From NCBI RefSeq assembly GCF_000143415.4, contig NW_003314321.1, positions 1-64,000 of the forward strand: a stretch of 64,000 nucleotides of DNA, read 5' to 3'. The stretch is from Selaginella moellendorffii. Lineage: Eukaryota; Plantae; Lycopodiophyta. Shown piece after piece: positions 35,869-49,551 of this stretch. A program made the translations under genes and the position numbers. Under the pieces are notes generated by a model. The model did not search any database and was not told the DNA's origin. It saw nothing but the letters and a program-made list of their open reading frames with translations. Numbering within the stretch: the first letter of the stretch is position 1; each line of letters starts with the position of its first letter.

Positions 35869-38800
35869 CTAGAAATCCATCTTTGTTCTCGGGATAACGA
35901 ACGATTCGAGGAATTCGTCAACGTGAGCTAGGCTCGGCCAGTAGTCTGTTCTAATGCGAATCAAGGTAGACCAATCCGAGACCTCCATTCTCAAGAGCAA
36001 ATGGTACCTTGGAGGAAGGAAAACGAGCACCATGAAGCAGCCGAGCTCTCCTCCGCCGGCGGAGTCTTCGCTCGCAAGCAGCAAATCGCTCTCCAGAGAG
36101 AATGGATCGTGGTGAGGATGATCCAAGAGCTGCTGCTGCTGCTGCTGCTGCTGCTCGTGATCGTCGACTTTGTCCTCGGTTTGCGAAGAAGCGCTCGAGG
36201 AGCTCCTCGAGCAAGACGGTTCCTCGATCCAGCAGCTCTTGTCAAACTTTCCACTGTATCTCGCCATCTCCTTGAGAGAAGTCCCGCTCACGGACACCAC
36301 GAAACCAGCCAAGTAGTTCTCCACGGCCGAGAAAACTCTGTCCGCTTGAGCTTCCAGGAGCTTGACGGACTCCGAGCCCTGCAAGCCCAGCCCTTGCCTT
36401 CCATCCTTCAAGAGAAAGATCTCCGTCCCGAGCTTCCCTGGTCCGCTACACCCATACCACAGCGCGTTGAACAGGCTCAGGAGATACTCCGGCTCGTTGG
36501 AGACGCTCGCCGGCACCGTCGGCTTCATGAACAGGTCCTCGATGCCGACTGGAATGCTGTCCAGTTGCCCGTGAACGGTCTGAGCGTCCTCGTCCGTGAA
36601 AGCAATGTGGCAGTCGACCAAAGTTGGAACCGGCTGCTGGGGCTCCAGCACGATCGTCACCACCTTGCCAAACTTGTGTGCTTCGACTGGTTGCTCCTCG
36701 GGATGGCTTGATCGCGGCGGCTCCAGAAACTTAACTCTTCGTTCGGTCCCTTCGGACGTGGTACTGGCGGTCGGACTCGTCACCGAAGACTTTGGCTTGT
36801 GTGAAGGCTCGCTCAGGAGGAATGGAACACGGACTGGCGGTATAGGCCCATACAAGCCACTCGTCGAGAAGCTGATGACCGCAGCATATATGGCAGCCAA
36901 GTTTTGTGCGTCCACGTTATCTGTTGCTGCTTCCAGTGACTTCACTTTCAACCGGCAAACCACCTGGATCTTCACACCCGATTCCGAGACCCCGGAGAAG
37001 TGCCTTCGAAGAATTGCGAGAGTATCCGCAGTCTTTGCATCCATCATACGCAGCACATTGTCCGAAGTTGGATGATCCGAGTCGCCAGGAACTTCGTCGT
37101 CGGTTATTGCGACGAGGCTACTACCTGGTTCTGCTGCTGTCGGCTTCTGATCTTCTGCCGTGACAGGCTCCAGAATGGGCTGGAAAGTATCGTGCAGCAC
37201 CAGAGACCACGAGCTTCGCACCAGCAGTGGAGTCTCTCGGGTGAGATGGATAAAGGACGAGACCTGTATGGACGCCTTCTTTCCCAGGTAGACTCGAGGC
37301 GATGGCGATCCCAGAAACGAGGACACATGCAGCAGCTGTGGCTTTGAATCTTCTGTCTGGCTTTCTCCGTACGTAAGTATTTCCCGCAGACGATTTCCTG
37401 GGATTGATATCAGCATCCGGAGGTAGAACCTGAGACAAACCCGAGAGAACTTTTAACACTTTCACATGAACAAAAGATAAAAGATTACCTTGCATTGTCT
37501 CGAACCTCGATGTCTGGAAAGTAGAGGCACAAATATCCAAAGAGCTCTGTCAGCCGGCGAAAAACTCTCGAGCTCTGGTGATGCATAAGTAGAGTTCGGC
37601 AGATGGTCAGAACCTCGCTTCCTCGGAGCCAGTAATTCGCAGCGTTAATCCCAGAGTGCTTGCCAACCTTGAACCTGAGATAAGTTTCGAGGGATTTGAT
37701 GAGCGCTCTGGGAGGAATCTTGCCACTCTCTGCAATCCTCTCCATCAACGGAAAGTAGGCCGGGAGCTGCGAATTCGAAGGAAGAGCAGGGACCAGATCC
37801 TCACTGAAAGTTCTCAAGAGCCGCTCACCGAGGCCGTGATGAGCCTCACAGCTTAGAAACCTGTCCAGCAGAGCGAGGATTCTATCCACGAGCTTCCTCA
37901 CAGTTCTAGCCATTCTGACGAGGTGATCCTGTAGAGACCTGAAGAGCAAAGAGTCCACCAGAGCTTCACCATCTTCCAACACCGCCACCACCTTTGAAGA
38001 ATGCTCGTATCCGGAAACCAAAAACCTGTGAAGTGTCCGGAACAGTAGCCTCGTCTCTGTGCTGCTCGGAGGAAGCCACTTGTAAGATGACAAGCACACC
38101 AGTCCGTCCTTCAAGAGCTTGCTGGCCATGTCCGTCGCATCTTCCTGGACCATGACGCGGACAAAGTTCTCGGAAGAGCCTTCTCGCTGCTGCCTGTCGA
38201 AAACCACTGCAAAGCGAGCGAGACACTCCAGCTTTGCGGCCTTGAGCGAGAGCGGATCAAAAGCTTCCGGATAGAGTGACTTCGCCACCAGCGGAAGAAC
38301 ACCTTCCCTGCCTCTGGAGGTGACCAAGTTCTCGACGCCCAGCAGCCAGTGTATGGCCAGGAGACGAACAGTGAGCGGCTGAGAGAGCTCTCTCGAGAAC
38401 AACACAAGACGCTTGTATACGATCGACTCTTCTCCTTCGAAAGCATCAGGGAAGCGAGCAAGGATGGTGAGAAAGCCATGGCAGGAGATCGGACTGAAAG
38501 AATGCAAGAGGTTCCAGAACTGGATCTTGAGCAAGCTGGGTTGCAAATCCAAGCAGCTGGCTGTGCGACACACATCGGATATAAACTCGGCCACCCCACA
38601 CTCGGTTAAGAGACTCGGCTTCTCGAGAAGGAAAGATATCACTCTACGAAACTCTTTCATGCATTCCTCGGAGAAATCCTTGGACGAGGAAAGAACTGCG
38701 GGTGACGAGGAGCTAGAAGAAACACTGCTGAGGAATGGCGAGATTGAGAATGGGATCAAAGGCACGGTGGTGAAGAGGATGGAGTACGTACCAGCGTAGA

Positions 38801-39431
38801 AAGATCGTAGAAGAGGCATGTAGAGGGCGATGTTGCGAAGAACGCTGGTGAGAAGGAGCGTGTACGCTTGGCCAGCGTGAGTCCGCTCGCTCTGGCACAG
38901 CGCTAGTAGATGGCCAGCGCTGGAATGGAGAAGGCAGGGATAGGCCTTTTCTAGCTCGCGTAGACACTCACACGCAGTGGCTCGGAGATGGCGCTCGCTG
39001 GAATGGTTTGGCCGATTGATAAAGACGAGCAGCATCTCCACCAGAATCTCCAGGCGGCGCGGCGAGCTGCCGATCGCATCGATGCTCACCATGGTGGACG
39101 TCACAGTGACCATCATCTGCTCCTTGATCGAGGACGAGGAGGAGTTTCCATCGGCGGAAGATGGGGCCTGGAGCGTGGATCGCAGTGTGTCCAGCAGTAG
39201 ATCCAGCGCCGCGGCATCGTCTGCCACGAGCAGGGCCGCATTCTCATCCAGAAACGCGAGCGTCTGGAGCTTGAGCGCAAAATCCTTCTTGGATCCCACC
39301 GCTTGCAATGCCTGCTCCACGAGCCCCGCGGGCGTGTAGAGCGACAGCCATCGCCCGCGAGCATCGCTCGAGCCCCGGAAATCCTGAAATATCTGCTCCC
39401 AGTCCTGTGAAGAAATCTTCCTGTCCGCCAT
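35869..39431 (-). CDS. AP5B1: AP-5 adaptor complex beta subunit, 2 exons (intron ~37430-37487)
   Basis: SQDWEQIFQDF, RATACECLRELEKAYPCLL, CQSERTHA, FPDIEVRDNARFYLRML, LPPRYHLLLRMEV..IRTDYWP; poly-Q tract. Confidence 0.85.
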
Positions 39432-39501
39432 ATCCCCTGGAAGAACCCTAATTTTCGTCGGAAGAACCCTAATTTTCTCTCGAATATTCCTCCTAGCTCA
39501 T

Positions 39502-41988
39502 TCACGTCCAAACTTCCACTACATATCTCCCGAGAGCTTCTAGCTTCTTAGGTGCCGCTCGAGGATCGCCCATCTCGACAGCGATCTCGTCGAAAGCTTG
39601 CGCTACGTCCGCCGGCATCTTATCGGCGGAGCCACTGACGAAGATCGCTGCTCCATCTTCGATCAGCTTGTAAACCAGCTTGCTCTGCTCGCGAATCCTG
39701 TGCTGGACGTAGATCTTTCTCGGCTGGTCTCTGGAGAATGCGACGAAGAAGCCACCGCCATTTTCCTGCGAGAGCACGCCTCGATCTTGGGCGAAAGCCT
39801 GCCACTGTTCCTTGTAGAGGAAATCCTTTGCGCTGTAGCGGCATCCGAAGAAGAAGAGGATTGGAGCTACTGGCTGGCTTGCAGCGATCGCGGCTCTTTC
39901 CTCGATGAAGGCTCGGAATGGAGCACAGCCGGTTCCCGGACCGACGAGTATCAGCGGTACCGAAGGACGAGGAAGCTTGAGGATTCCTTTCGTCACCCAT
40001 ACTGGAACTACACCTGGAAACGAGGAACTGAGCTCTTGTGAAAAATGTGAGAGGCTGTGGTACCTGTTTTGGAATCGAGTTGGGCCAGCCAAGTGGAGCA
40101 CAGGCCTTGCCTTTTCCGTTTGAAGGGAGTTGTCCACTGCACCACGGCCATTGTGAGATGGATCTCATTGGGATGCGCTTTGAGAGACGACGAGATGGAG
40201 AAGTATCGAGGTCGAAGGCGCGGAACAAGCTGCACAAGCCATTCCAGTGGAAGCCGGACAGAAGGAAAATCCTCGAGCACCTGAAAGAGAAGCCGAAGCT
40301 AAGTTATGGTGAAATCAGATCCAGAGCTAACCTCGGTTACTGTGCGCCTCTCTCGTTGGTTGTAGTTGTAAAGATCATCCCTTCCCTCGGACGTTGCAAA
40401 GTATTGCAGTCTTTCCTTCTCGTGCTCTGCGTCAGCGAAATGCATCATCACCTAGAGCAGACAGGGAAAACAAAGTTTTCTTTATCGACTTTTGTTCATC
40501 CATACCTCAAAGAAGTAGCGACGGGGAGACGCGGAACTAATGTCCATCACGGCCTCAACAAGCGTCCTCAGTGTGATAGGAGCAACACTTTGATAACCTT
40601 CTACAGCGTTTGCTGGTTCAACCTGAGAAAATCAGTAAGAGTGTTGAGATGGCATATCCATATTAACTCCAGTTTCTAACCGAAACAAGTGCAGCTTCAT
40701 CCAACCCGCATCTTTCCATAAACCTGGAGACAGCTTCCTCACTTTGAGCTGGAAAAACTCCAAGCACGTCACCGGGAGCGTACTCTAGTCCCTGTAACAG
40801 AAGCATTAGCTGATAAGGACACGAACTCCCAACGTACAGAACCACCAAGGTCGAATTCCAAGTGTCGAACATCCTGTTCGTGGCTTGTGTCGGTCAGCCT
40901 CATGTTTTTAATCTGCAAGAAAGAAGCGTCCGCGGTAGAAAGTAATCTAAGAGAACTAAAAGTTGTTACTAACCACTTGTGCAAAGACGGGATTGTTGGG
41001 AACCCGACCAAAGTTTTTGTCATCGGCAATTGGCGGATTGAAGGAGCCACTGGCAACTTCTATCATGGTCCGTGCTCGGTCGTGCTCAATCCATTTTCTC
41101 TGCACATCTGTCTTCCTAGTTAGTTAAAGCTCATGAAATAAATGAAAAAAGAAAACCTGTGCTATAGCCTTCTGCAACAGATGAGATGTGAGGCTGGTGA
41201 TAAACTATTTTATACTTGGGAGGATCAAGCTGCCAAGCTGTATCATCAGCGGGTTCGCTCACTTCTTCTCTACCATAAATTCTACGCACGGCGGACCACA
41301 GAGAAGCGAGCCATGGGTCCAATGCTCCTTCGTATCTAAAATATCACAGTTGCTTTAAAAAATTAAAACTTGCGAATAGAACTTACCCAGAACGATGCTG
41401 GTCATCCCCCAGTCCTCTATAAACTATAGACTTTGCTCCGAGGTCCGCCAATCTTCGATCAAGTTTCAAAGCGACGAACTGCAGAGATAGATAGAGAGAA
41501 AGCCATGACTTTAAGGAATCGAAGAAAAGCGATGGTCGCTTACGTTAAACTTTTGGTACCCCGAGTCACCGAGTCCGAAAACAGCGTAATTCACATTCTC
41601 TAGCCACCTCTTACTCAGGGAGCTATTCAGCAAAAATTTCCAAAACCTCTACAAAATCAAGAAGAGCTCAAATCAAAACAAAGTTGAGCTAGAACTGACG
41701 AAAGAAAAAAGCCAAACCTTCATAGTGTCTGGCTTATCCCCTTGCCCGGTCGTCGATGCCACAAAAATCACAGCATTTTCGGATGCGAGCTGCCGCTGAG
41801 GATTATAGAAGAAGAATCCATGAGAAATTCTAGGCGGGATTACTCCTTACCGGATCGTAGCGATCCATACTCATCACTTGAGGAAGATAGGCGCGGCGCG
41901 CGGCCTCGCGGCCAATCCGCTCAGCTACATCCTCGGCATTACCAGTCTGCGACGCGTACAAGACGAGAATTCGCGCTCGCCGATCCAT
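39502..41988 (-). CDS. ATR3: NADPH-dependent diflavin oxidoreductase 1 (NDOR1/Tah18 homolog)
   Basis: ILVLYASQTGNAEDVAERI, FGLGDSGYQKFN, RPRYFSISSS, GPGTGCAPFR, FFGCR, AFSRDQPRKIYVQ, C-terminal EVWT. Confidence 0.92.
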
Positions 41989-42159
41989 GGCGACCGCGCA
42001 AGAACCCTAGCTAAGCACCAAAGCGCACTCAAACGCTAAAGGGCGAAACAAGGAAAACTATTTCTTTCATGTTTAATCTCCGTACATACGATGGGGAAAG
42101 ATTCGTACGAATGGAATCTCTCCAGGAACAGTATCCAGGATTCCCGTGAGTGGTGGAAT

Positions 42160-43073
42160 TTACGTTTTCGTGAATTCCTCCCCGTCTGATGGGAGCTTCA
42201 CGGTTTGTATCAAACGCTCTCGCAGCAGCTCCAAATTCTGGTCGGAGATTGCGTTATACATGTTCTCGTGGCTGTATTTCTGCGACAAGAGATCGATCAA
42301 ACAAAGAATTGCTGGCGTGGAGTTATGGCTTCTCACCTTCACCCATTTTCCAAACAAGTGTAAGCGAGTGACCATCACTCTCTCGGCAAGCTCCTGGCGC
42401 TCCTGCGAGACGAGAAAAATGCCACACAAAGTTAGAATGGAAACGAAAGAGATCTTGTTTTCTCTACCTTGACTAAGAGCCGGATGAAAACTTTGCTATC
42501 CTGTGGTTTGTTATTCCCAACGAAGCTGAGAAACTTTGCCTTTAGAACAGAGTGCTATAGAGTAGAAATCCAAACATGAAACTTACTTATAGAACCAGAT
42601 GTATTGGCTGGGATTCATTTCATACAATTGCGCCAGCACAGTTCTCACAGCCTTGAATGTGAAGTAGTCCATGAGATGCTGCATCGAAAGAAGAAATTTT
42701 GTAAGAGATCATCCAAGAACATCCCCGAGATTCTCACCTTATCGACGTCCTCGTAGCTATCTTCGTACTGCCCGGCAATCTCATCCACAACCACGGGGAC
42801 ATGCCCTTGCCCCGTGGAAATATCCCACACCGCATGCCACAAGACTCTGGAAGCATCTCTTGAATCTCGCCATGTATCGAGCATTGAGCTGCACAACAAT
42901 CGCTGCTTAGTACCTCTGTGAGCGGCGGCGGCGGCGGCGGCGGCGCCCCTCCCCCTCCTCCATTTGGAGCTCCTGTGCGCGAATCTACCGCTGCACGATG
43001 CCAAATCAGACGCCTCCACGGCCTCCACGCAGCAGCGATGGATTGGCAGCGCCATAGCCGCGAGGGAGCTCAT
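42160..43073 (-). CDS. RBCX: Chloroplast Rubisco assembly chaperone RbcX
   Basis: Transit peptide; DYFTFKAVRTVLAQLYEMNP, LAERVMVTRLHL, NLELLRERL. Confidence 0.9.
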
Positions 43074-43340
43074 CTTTGGACCAGATACACCAAAAATCGA
43101 GGAACCCTAGCGAGCGCCTTCACTGCATTGCTTAATGCGAGATTTCCCGCCCACTTGTGTAGAAGTCAAATCGCTAAAGAGATTCTAGTGAAGACACATT
43201 GTGCTACGTGGCCTCTCACAGAATATCCGATTTAATTTACCACGTGTAGGTCTTGCGCATATTCTGGTTCCCCCAAGAGCATATTCTAGCTGGTCTGGAG
43301 CATATTCTGTCTTTCCCAAAAGCATATTCGGTTATTACAC

Positions 43341-46300
43341 TTAAGTTCCATAGCGGTGACGGTATACAGGAGCTTGGAAGTGGTTTAAAACTTCCAGCCA
43401 TGGCCGCTCCACTATCAAAAGTGAGCTCTTTGCAACGTATCCCACAAACAGCACCGGGTTCTTGAAGGGCGTGAGGACGAAGTTTTTGTTCTTGCGGTGG
43501 TGGTGGTGGTGGACACCGTTGGCATGGCCGTTTCCCATATGGTGATGGTGAGGAGCTCCATTTCCATTTCCATTCGCGATGACGGCGTTCTTCGCGACGG
43601 GTTTGCTGAAATCGATCAAGCACATCGCCCTGCAGTGAAAAAAACAAGTTTTTGATGAGCTACATCGAAAGAGCTTTCGTTTGTACCTTGGGCTGTACGC
43701 GATGATCTCTGTGGATCCCGTGGATGGAGAGACTGTCAGGCCAGAGATGCCACCTGGGAACTCTAGAATCTCTGAGGGAATGCTGGCGTGGTTCTCTTTG
43801 GACCAGCGGCCGAGCTCCCTCGCGGCAATGTCAAGGACGTGGATTTTGTTTGCAGCGGTGGTGACGATGAGCACGGCATTGTTTCCGGGATGGAACACGG
43901 CAGCCGTCGCAGGAGTGCCGTCAAACAACGGAACAGACCAGTGGTGCCTGCAAACACCACGGGAGGAACGTAAAAAACGGGACAAGAAAACTGATGCTGC
44001 TAGGAAGTTCTCAGGATCAAAGTCTTTTTCAAAACGCAGAGGCACAAGACCCTCGTCACGTTTGTTGAGAAATGTGATCATCATTGAACGGCAGCAGGAA
44101 AAAGTAGAGCTTACCGCAGTGTTTCCAGATTCAAAATGACCAGGTTGCCTGAGCTTGATCCAGCAGCTAACCATTGTCCATCTGGACTCGCACACAACAG
44201 AGCGACCGGAGATTGCAAATCATCTGCCGCAAGCTTAAAAACGTGCAATACTTCCAAATTGTCAGTGTCAAGCACCTGTATGTAAAAGAGAAGGTTAGAA
44301 AGATCAATGATAAAGGAGTGCTAAAGCTTACCAGAATCTCGCCTTGAGAACACGCCATTATCAACCTGCTCGAGCCAACACTAAAAATCATGCGATGAGC
44401 AGGAGGTACAGTGCCGGGAAGATTTTTCTTCTTGATAGTCCACTGTTTTTGTGCATGCTTTAGCTCAAAAAGCCTGGCCTTTGTTCTGTCTGAAAACGCT
44501 ACGTATTTTCCGTCCTCGGAGAAAGCGCTGCAAGTAATATGTGCTGTCGCTTTGGACTTTATCTTAGCTAGAAGGACTGGACGCTGCCCCGACTGTGCAC
44601 CCTTGCTTGCTTGATCCTGTTGGTAAGAAGTACTGAGCGTTTCCTCGGACGTTGAATCACTCCTCTTTCTCTTTCCGAGTGTGATATCATCCGAGTCCAC
44701 TCCATTTTCCGCCTCTGGCCTCTTTCCTGTGGATTGACTGCTTGCAACCCGCCAGATATCAATATAAGTCGGATGTTGTGCCATCATAACTACGTTTCCA
44801 TCCTGTGCAAGCCCTGGTGCTAGTTGAACGACGGGCCGTTCCGGTGCCGGACATATGTCATGAGGCTGATATGACATCATATCATTTGCCGGATAAGCGA
44901 ACAGCTTAGCATCGTTCCCACCCGATACAAGCATGGGAATGCCAGGCCTTGCCCACTTTCTGTGATCCGGTTCTGGCCATTTGTTCCGTTCTCTCGTAGG
45001 CCTTGTCCACGGTTTACTTGTTGGATCGCCTGTAAAGTCAGTCAGAAACAAAAAAGTCCACAAAGCTGCATACGTACCCGCGTCAATAGGGACCGGAATT
45101 GCAACAGTCAGTGCTCTAACATCATGAGAATGACACCTTTTGGTGCCAACATACGTCCACTTGTCGCCAAATCCTACAGAAGCATCTTCTTTCAAATCAC
45201 TGTTTCCACGCCTGGAGCTCTCGTGAACAAGTTGATACATAACGACCTGTAGTTGGTGAGAATGAGAACGGTAACCAATACAAAAGGAAAAAAAAAAAAA
45301 ACCAGAAATACACCTGACCATCAGCTCCAGCAGCGAAAACCGCTGTGTGGGAAGGTGCGGCAGCCAAGGCCAAAACATCTGCGTCATGCCTGGTTAAAGC
45401 CTCCAGCAACATCCCCCTTTCATCCCAGAATTGTGTAGTTCCGGTACTATCTCCGCTTACAAGAGTTCCACTCCTGGAAAACAATGGAAATAAGTATTCA
45501 GATCCGAGGAAGTATCAAGCACACACCTAAGAACGAGAAGGGACCAAACGCACAACTCTTCCAATTTTTTCTGGCCGCCAATGCCCGCTGTTATTCTGTA
45601 AAGTTCAATACAAGTTGCAGCGTCCCAGCTTCTTATGCAACTGTGCACGAAACGATTATCAGCGACGTGCCACAAGAGAAAACAAGCTCATACCCATCGG
45701 ACCCTCCGGCGTAGACTCGTTTTCCGTCAAGAGACCACGCAACACTTAGAACGCGACCTGCAAGTATAAGAATCAATTAAGAACTACAAAATGAAGAGAA
45801 AACAAAGGTCCTTTACCCTTAACTCGTGGAAATGCTTTCTTATAAGTCATGCTATCATTCAAGGTAAACAGTCTCACAGACCCGTCATCGCAAGCAGCAG
45901 CGATGTCCCGAGAATCATCGTCCTGTGACGAAGGTTGAGCCGCGACTTGCCACACAGAGCCTCCAAAGGAGTCGGTTTGTGCCTGAAAGAAAACCATCAG
46001 TCCCCTTTCGAAACAAAAGAAAAGACGAGCAAACACCTTTGCTTCAAGCCTTTCCAGATCCCACTCGGTGATAAACCCATCCAGCCCGGAAGAAAACAAT
46101 CGACCTTGGCGCGAGACGCTGGAGCTACACCACTCTAAGCAGGAGATTGCCGCGCCCTGCATTCCTGGAATCGTCTGTGGGATAGCTGTAGAGCATAAGA
46201 AATCGGCGCAAAACGAGCAATGCGAGCAAAGCCTACCAATTGGCAATACCATCCCACCGATCCTGGAGCTGCCTTCCATACTTCGATTGCGCCGCTGTCG

Positions 46301-46398
46301 CGAGCAGCGGCGATCGCCGCCCCGTCCGGGCTCGTCGCGAGCGCAATCACAGCGCTGGGAATCCAATCCAAGTGCCGCAGCCTGTGAATCTCCAGCAT
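43341..46398 (-). CDS. PCN: WD40 U3 snoRNP protein UTP4/cirhin (POPCORN-like)
   Basis: [69 protein letters not shown]. Confidence 0.88.
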
Positions 46399-46621
46399 TT
46401 TCTTCTCCGCTGGGCCACAAACCCTAACCCTAGCCGCTAAAACCCTGAGTAGTTTAGCGCCTTGGATTGGATTGGCTTTGTTAAATTTGTTTTAATTAAA
46501 CTGGGCAAAAGCGAAGAACCCTAATTTCTCTTTCTTCTAGCTGGAATGTAAGGGGCTCTGGCATGACCGATCGCTGGAAATTTTTCTTTCGGATGATGCG
46601 GACCGATCGCCGCCGACAGGA

Positions 46622-48897
46622 ATGGCGTCAGGCGATCCCTCTTCTGTCGATGCTTCTGGTAAGGTTCTAGGGGAAAATGCCAGCCATGGCTGGAAGTCCG
46701 AGGATTTTCTAGAGGCGGAAGATTTCTCTAGCCGGACCGAGGAGGAGGCCACGGATGATGGCAGCTCCGAGGGCAAATCGGAGTATTCGCAGTGCCGCAG
46801 CGCGAATTTCAGCAGCGGGCGCAGCTGGTATCACAGCCCCGAGAGTGATCTTTTGTTTGGGGGCTCCGATTTGAGCGCCTACTTTCACGATGCTGGGGGC
46901 TCTGGGGACGCATTCGTCGACGCGCTGGACGAGTGCTTCGATTCCGATAAGGACCGGGCATTTTTTCATCATCATGGCGACAGTGGTGACGATGGTATCG
47001 TCCGCGGTACCGGGCTCTATGACGATGAAGAAGACACTGGTGGTTTGAAGATAATCTCCTTGAGCGAAGAACTCCAAGACGAAGAGTCGCAGTTGCTCGA
47101 AGGTGTTGCTGTGGAAGAAGACGTTGTTCCAAGTGAAGTAAAGCTCAAAGAAATCGACAGTGACGAGACGCTCCTCGGCAGCACCCATGACAAGGCGAAC
47201 AGTTCCCAGGAATTGGAAACGATAGAACAAGAACAAGACGGTGGCTTGAAAGCAGACGTTCTTTCGAGTTTCTGTGAGACACTTGGAGATCAAGTTTCCG
47301 AGAAGATCACGACGATAGCTGGTCCTTCCGAAGCTCCCGTAATTGAGAAGAAAAAATGCGTGATGCGGCTGGGATCGAAAGAAGCAGAGGATTTGCTGCA
47401 GCTGGACGTAGAAGAAATCGTTCGTCCCTTGCGGCTCTCGTCCATGACAGAAGATTATCGCAATAATACCGATTGGAGCAGAGATCACTTGGGACCCGAC
47501 GAGGTATCTGTGTGTGGATTTTGACACTGTGCCTGGCTGACAGAGGTTTCTTTTCCAGCTCTCGCGCTATGTTGAGACGCTTGACGTGAGAGAAACTTAC
47601 ATGGACACTGTCTGGGACATGGAGGAGATACTGCTTGATACAGGTGAGAGCAGTGGAAATCATTCATTTTGGGCTAGCAAAGGTGGTGCAGCGAACAGTC
47701 CTACGAAGTCGTCATGGACTAGAACATCAACTTCAGTATATGATGGGCTATGGAAAGTGGACTCCGTGGAAGTGACTGGAGCACGCCAGAGACGAGGGGG
47801 TGCGTCTCTGGGTGAACGAGTTGTGGGCGTCAGGGAGCATACCATTTACAGGATACAGGTGAAAAGTGGTGAAAATCAGTGGGAAATAGAACGACGGTAC
47901 CGGGAGTTCGTTGATCTTTTCCAGCAGCTCAAGAGGATGTTTAGTGCACAGACCAGAGTACAGCTTCCAAGCCCGTGGCAGAAGGTGACAGCCGAGTCCC
48001 GGAAGGTTTTTGGGAACACCTCTCCAGATGCGGTGGAGTTTCGGAGTGCTCTTCTCCAAGTTTGTCTCCAATCGTCACTGCAAGCTGGAGTTCCGATCAG
48101 CACGGCAGCACCTCTACTCAGGTTTTTGTTTCCTAGTCCGGGGGAGACACGCCTGCCTATGCTGGCGGCTTCATCGCAGTTCTCACCCGAGCTGGCTGCA
48201 AGAGATCAAAACTTCGCCATGCAGCTTAAAGAGCTTGGCTCTCCGAGACCTGGCACACCTATAAGTCCGGAGCGACAAAACAGTGCCTTCGGAAGGACTA
48301 TTCGTCTGGTTTTACAGATACAGACGAAAAAGCCTTTGAACCAGGTGCTGTTAAACCAACGTAATCTTTGTGCTGGGTGTTACGAGCAACTCAACCCAAC
48401 CAAGGACGTGGTTTCCGGTTTCATCAAATCTCTGGGGTGGGGAAAGCCAAGGTTCTGTGAGTACACTGGCCAGCTTTACTGCGTACGATGTCATCTCAAC
48501 GAGACTGCCATTCTACCGGCTCGAGTTCTTCGATCTTGGGATTTCACACCGAGAGTTGTTTCTCAACTTGCAAAGGCCTATCTCGACTCCATTTACGATC
48601 AGGTTCGTCAAAGAGTTTCTCATTGTGTTGTATACTTATTTTTGTTCCGTGCCTTCAGCCCATGTTGTGTGTCAGCGCAGTTAATCCGTTTCTGTACACG
48701 AGAGCTCCTATACTTTCTCATGTAAGTGAGATGAGAAGAAAGTTGAGCCGGCTGGTGAAATGCATCCGCTGCCCGTCTCGGAGCCGGATCCAGCAGCTAC
48801 TTGGCTCGCGACGCTATCTTCTGGAGCAAAACGACTTTTATGCGTTACGTGACCTCACAGATCTTTCAAAGGGAGCATTTGCTGGTAAGACTGTTTG

Positions 48898-48937
<40 letters not shown>

Positions 48938-49551
48938 GGATTTGCTAACACTTTTTCCAGTTTTGCCGGGATTGTTGCAAGCAACACTGGAGAAGCTGAC
49001 TTTGCACATCACTCGCAAGTGCTCGGTTTGTCTGGAGCTCGGCGAGTCATGCGGTGCTGGAGTGGTCTGTGACTCGCCACGGGATTTAATCTATCCCTAC
49101 GAGGTAAATAGCAAGAAAGAGTTTGTCATAGCGAGCTTACAAGAGTCTGACATTTCCTTTATAACAGGACGAGAACGTCCACCGCTGCCAGCTTTGCAAC
49201 GCGACTTATCACCGCAGCTGCTTCAAGTCAATCGAGACGTGCCGCGTTTGCACTCGAGATCACTCGCCACTGCGGCCGCAAAGCGGCGGAGATAGGGAGC
49301 ACTGTCCGAGCGCTTCGTCCTCTTTGGCGGCGGAAGAAAACGAGGAAGCACAGGAGGAAGAAGAAGATGGAGAAGACATTGTCAAGAGCGAGCAAGCCTC
49401 GTCGAAGCAGCAGTCCAAGAGGAATCTCTTCTCGGGCCTCTTCTCTTCTTCCTCGACGATCGAGGCCGAGAAGAAGAAGAAGCTCCAAGAACGTAGGAAC
49501 TCGGCGATTGTAAACATGAGCGCCATCTTAGGTGGTCCCAACGAGCTCTAG
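46622..49551 (+). CDS. PX-domain plus Rubicon-homology (DUF4206) zinc protein
   Basis: ERRYREFVDLFQQL (PX); QRNLCAGC, PRFCEYTGQLYCVRCH, ILPARVLRSWDF, HITRKCSVC, CQLCNATYHRSC. Confidence 0.85.
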
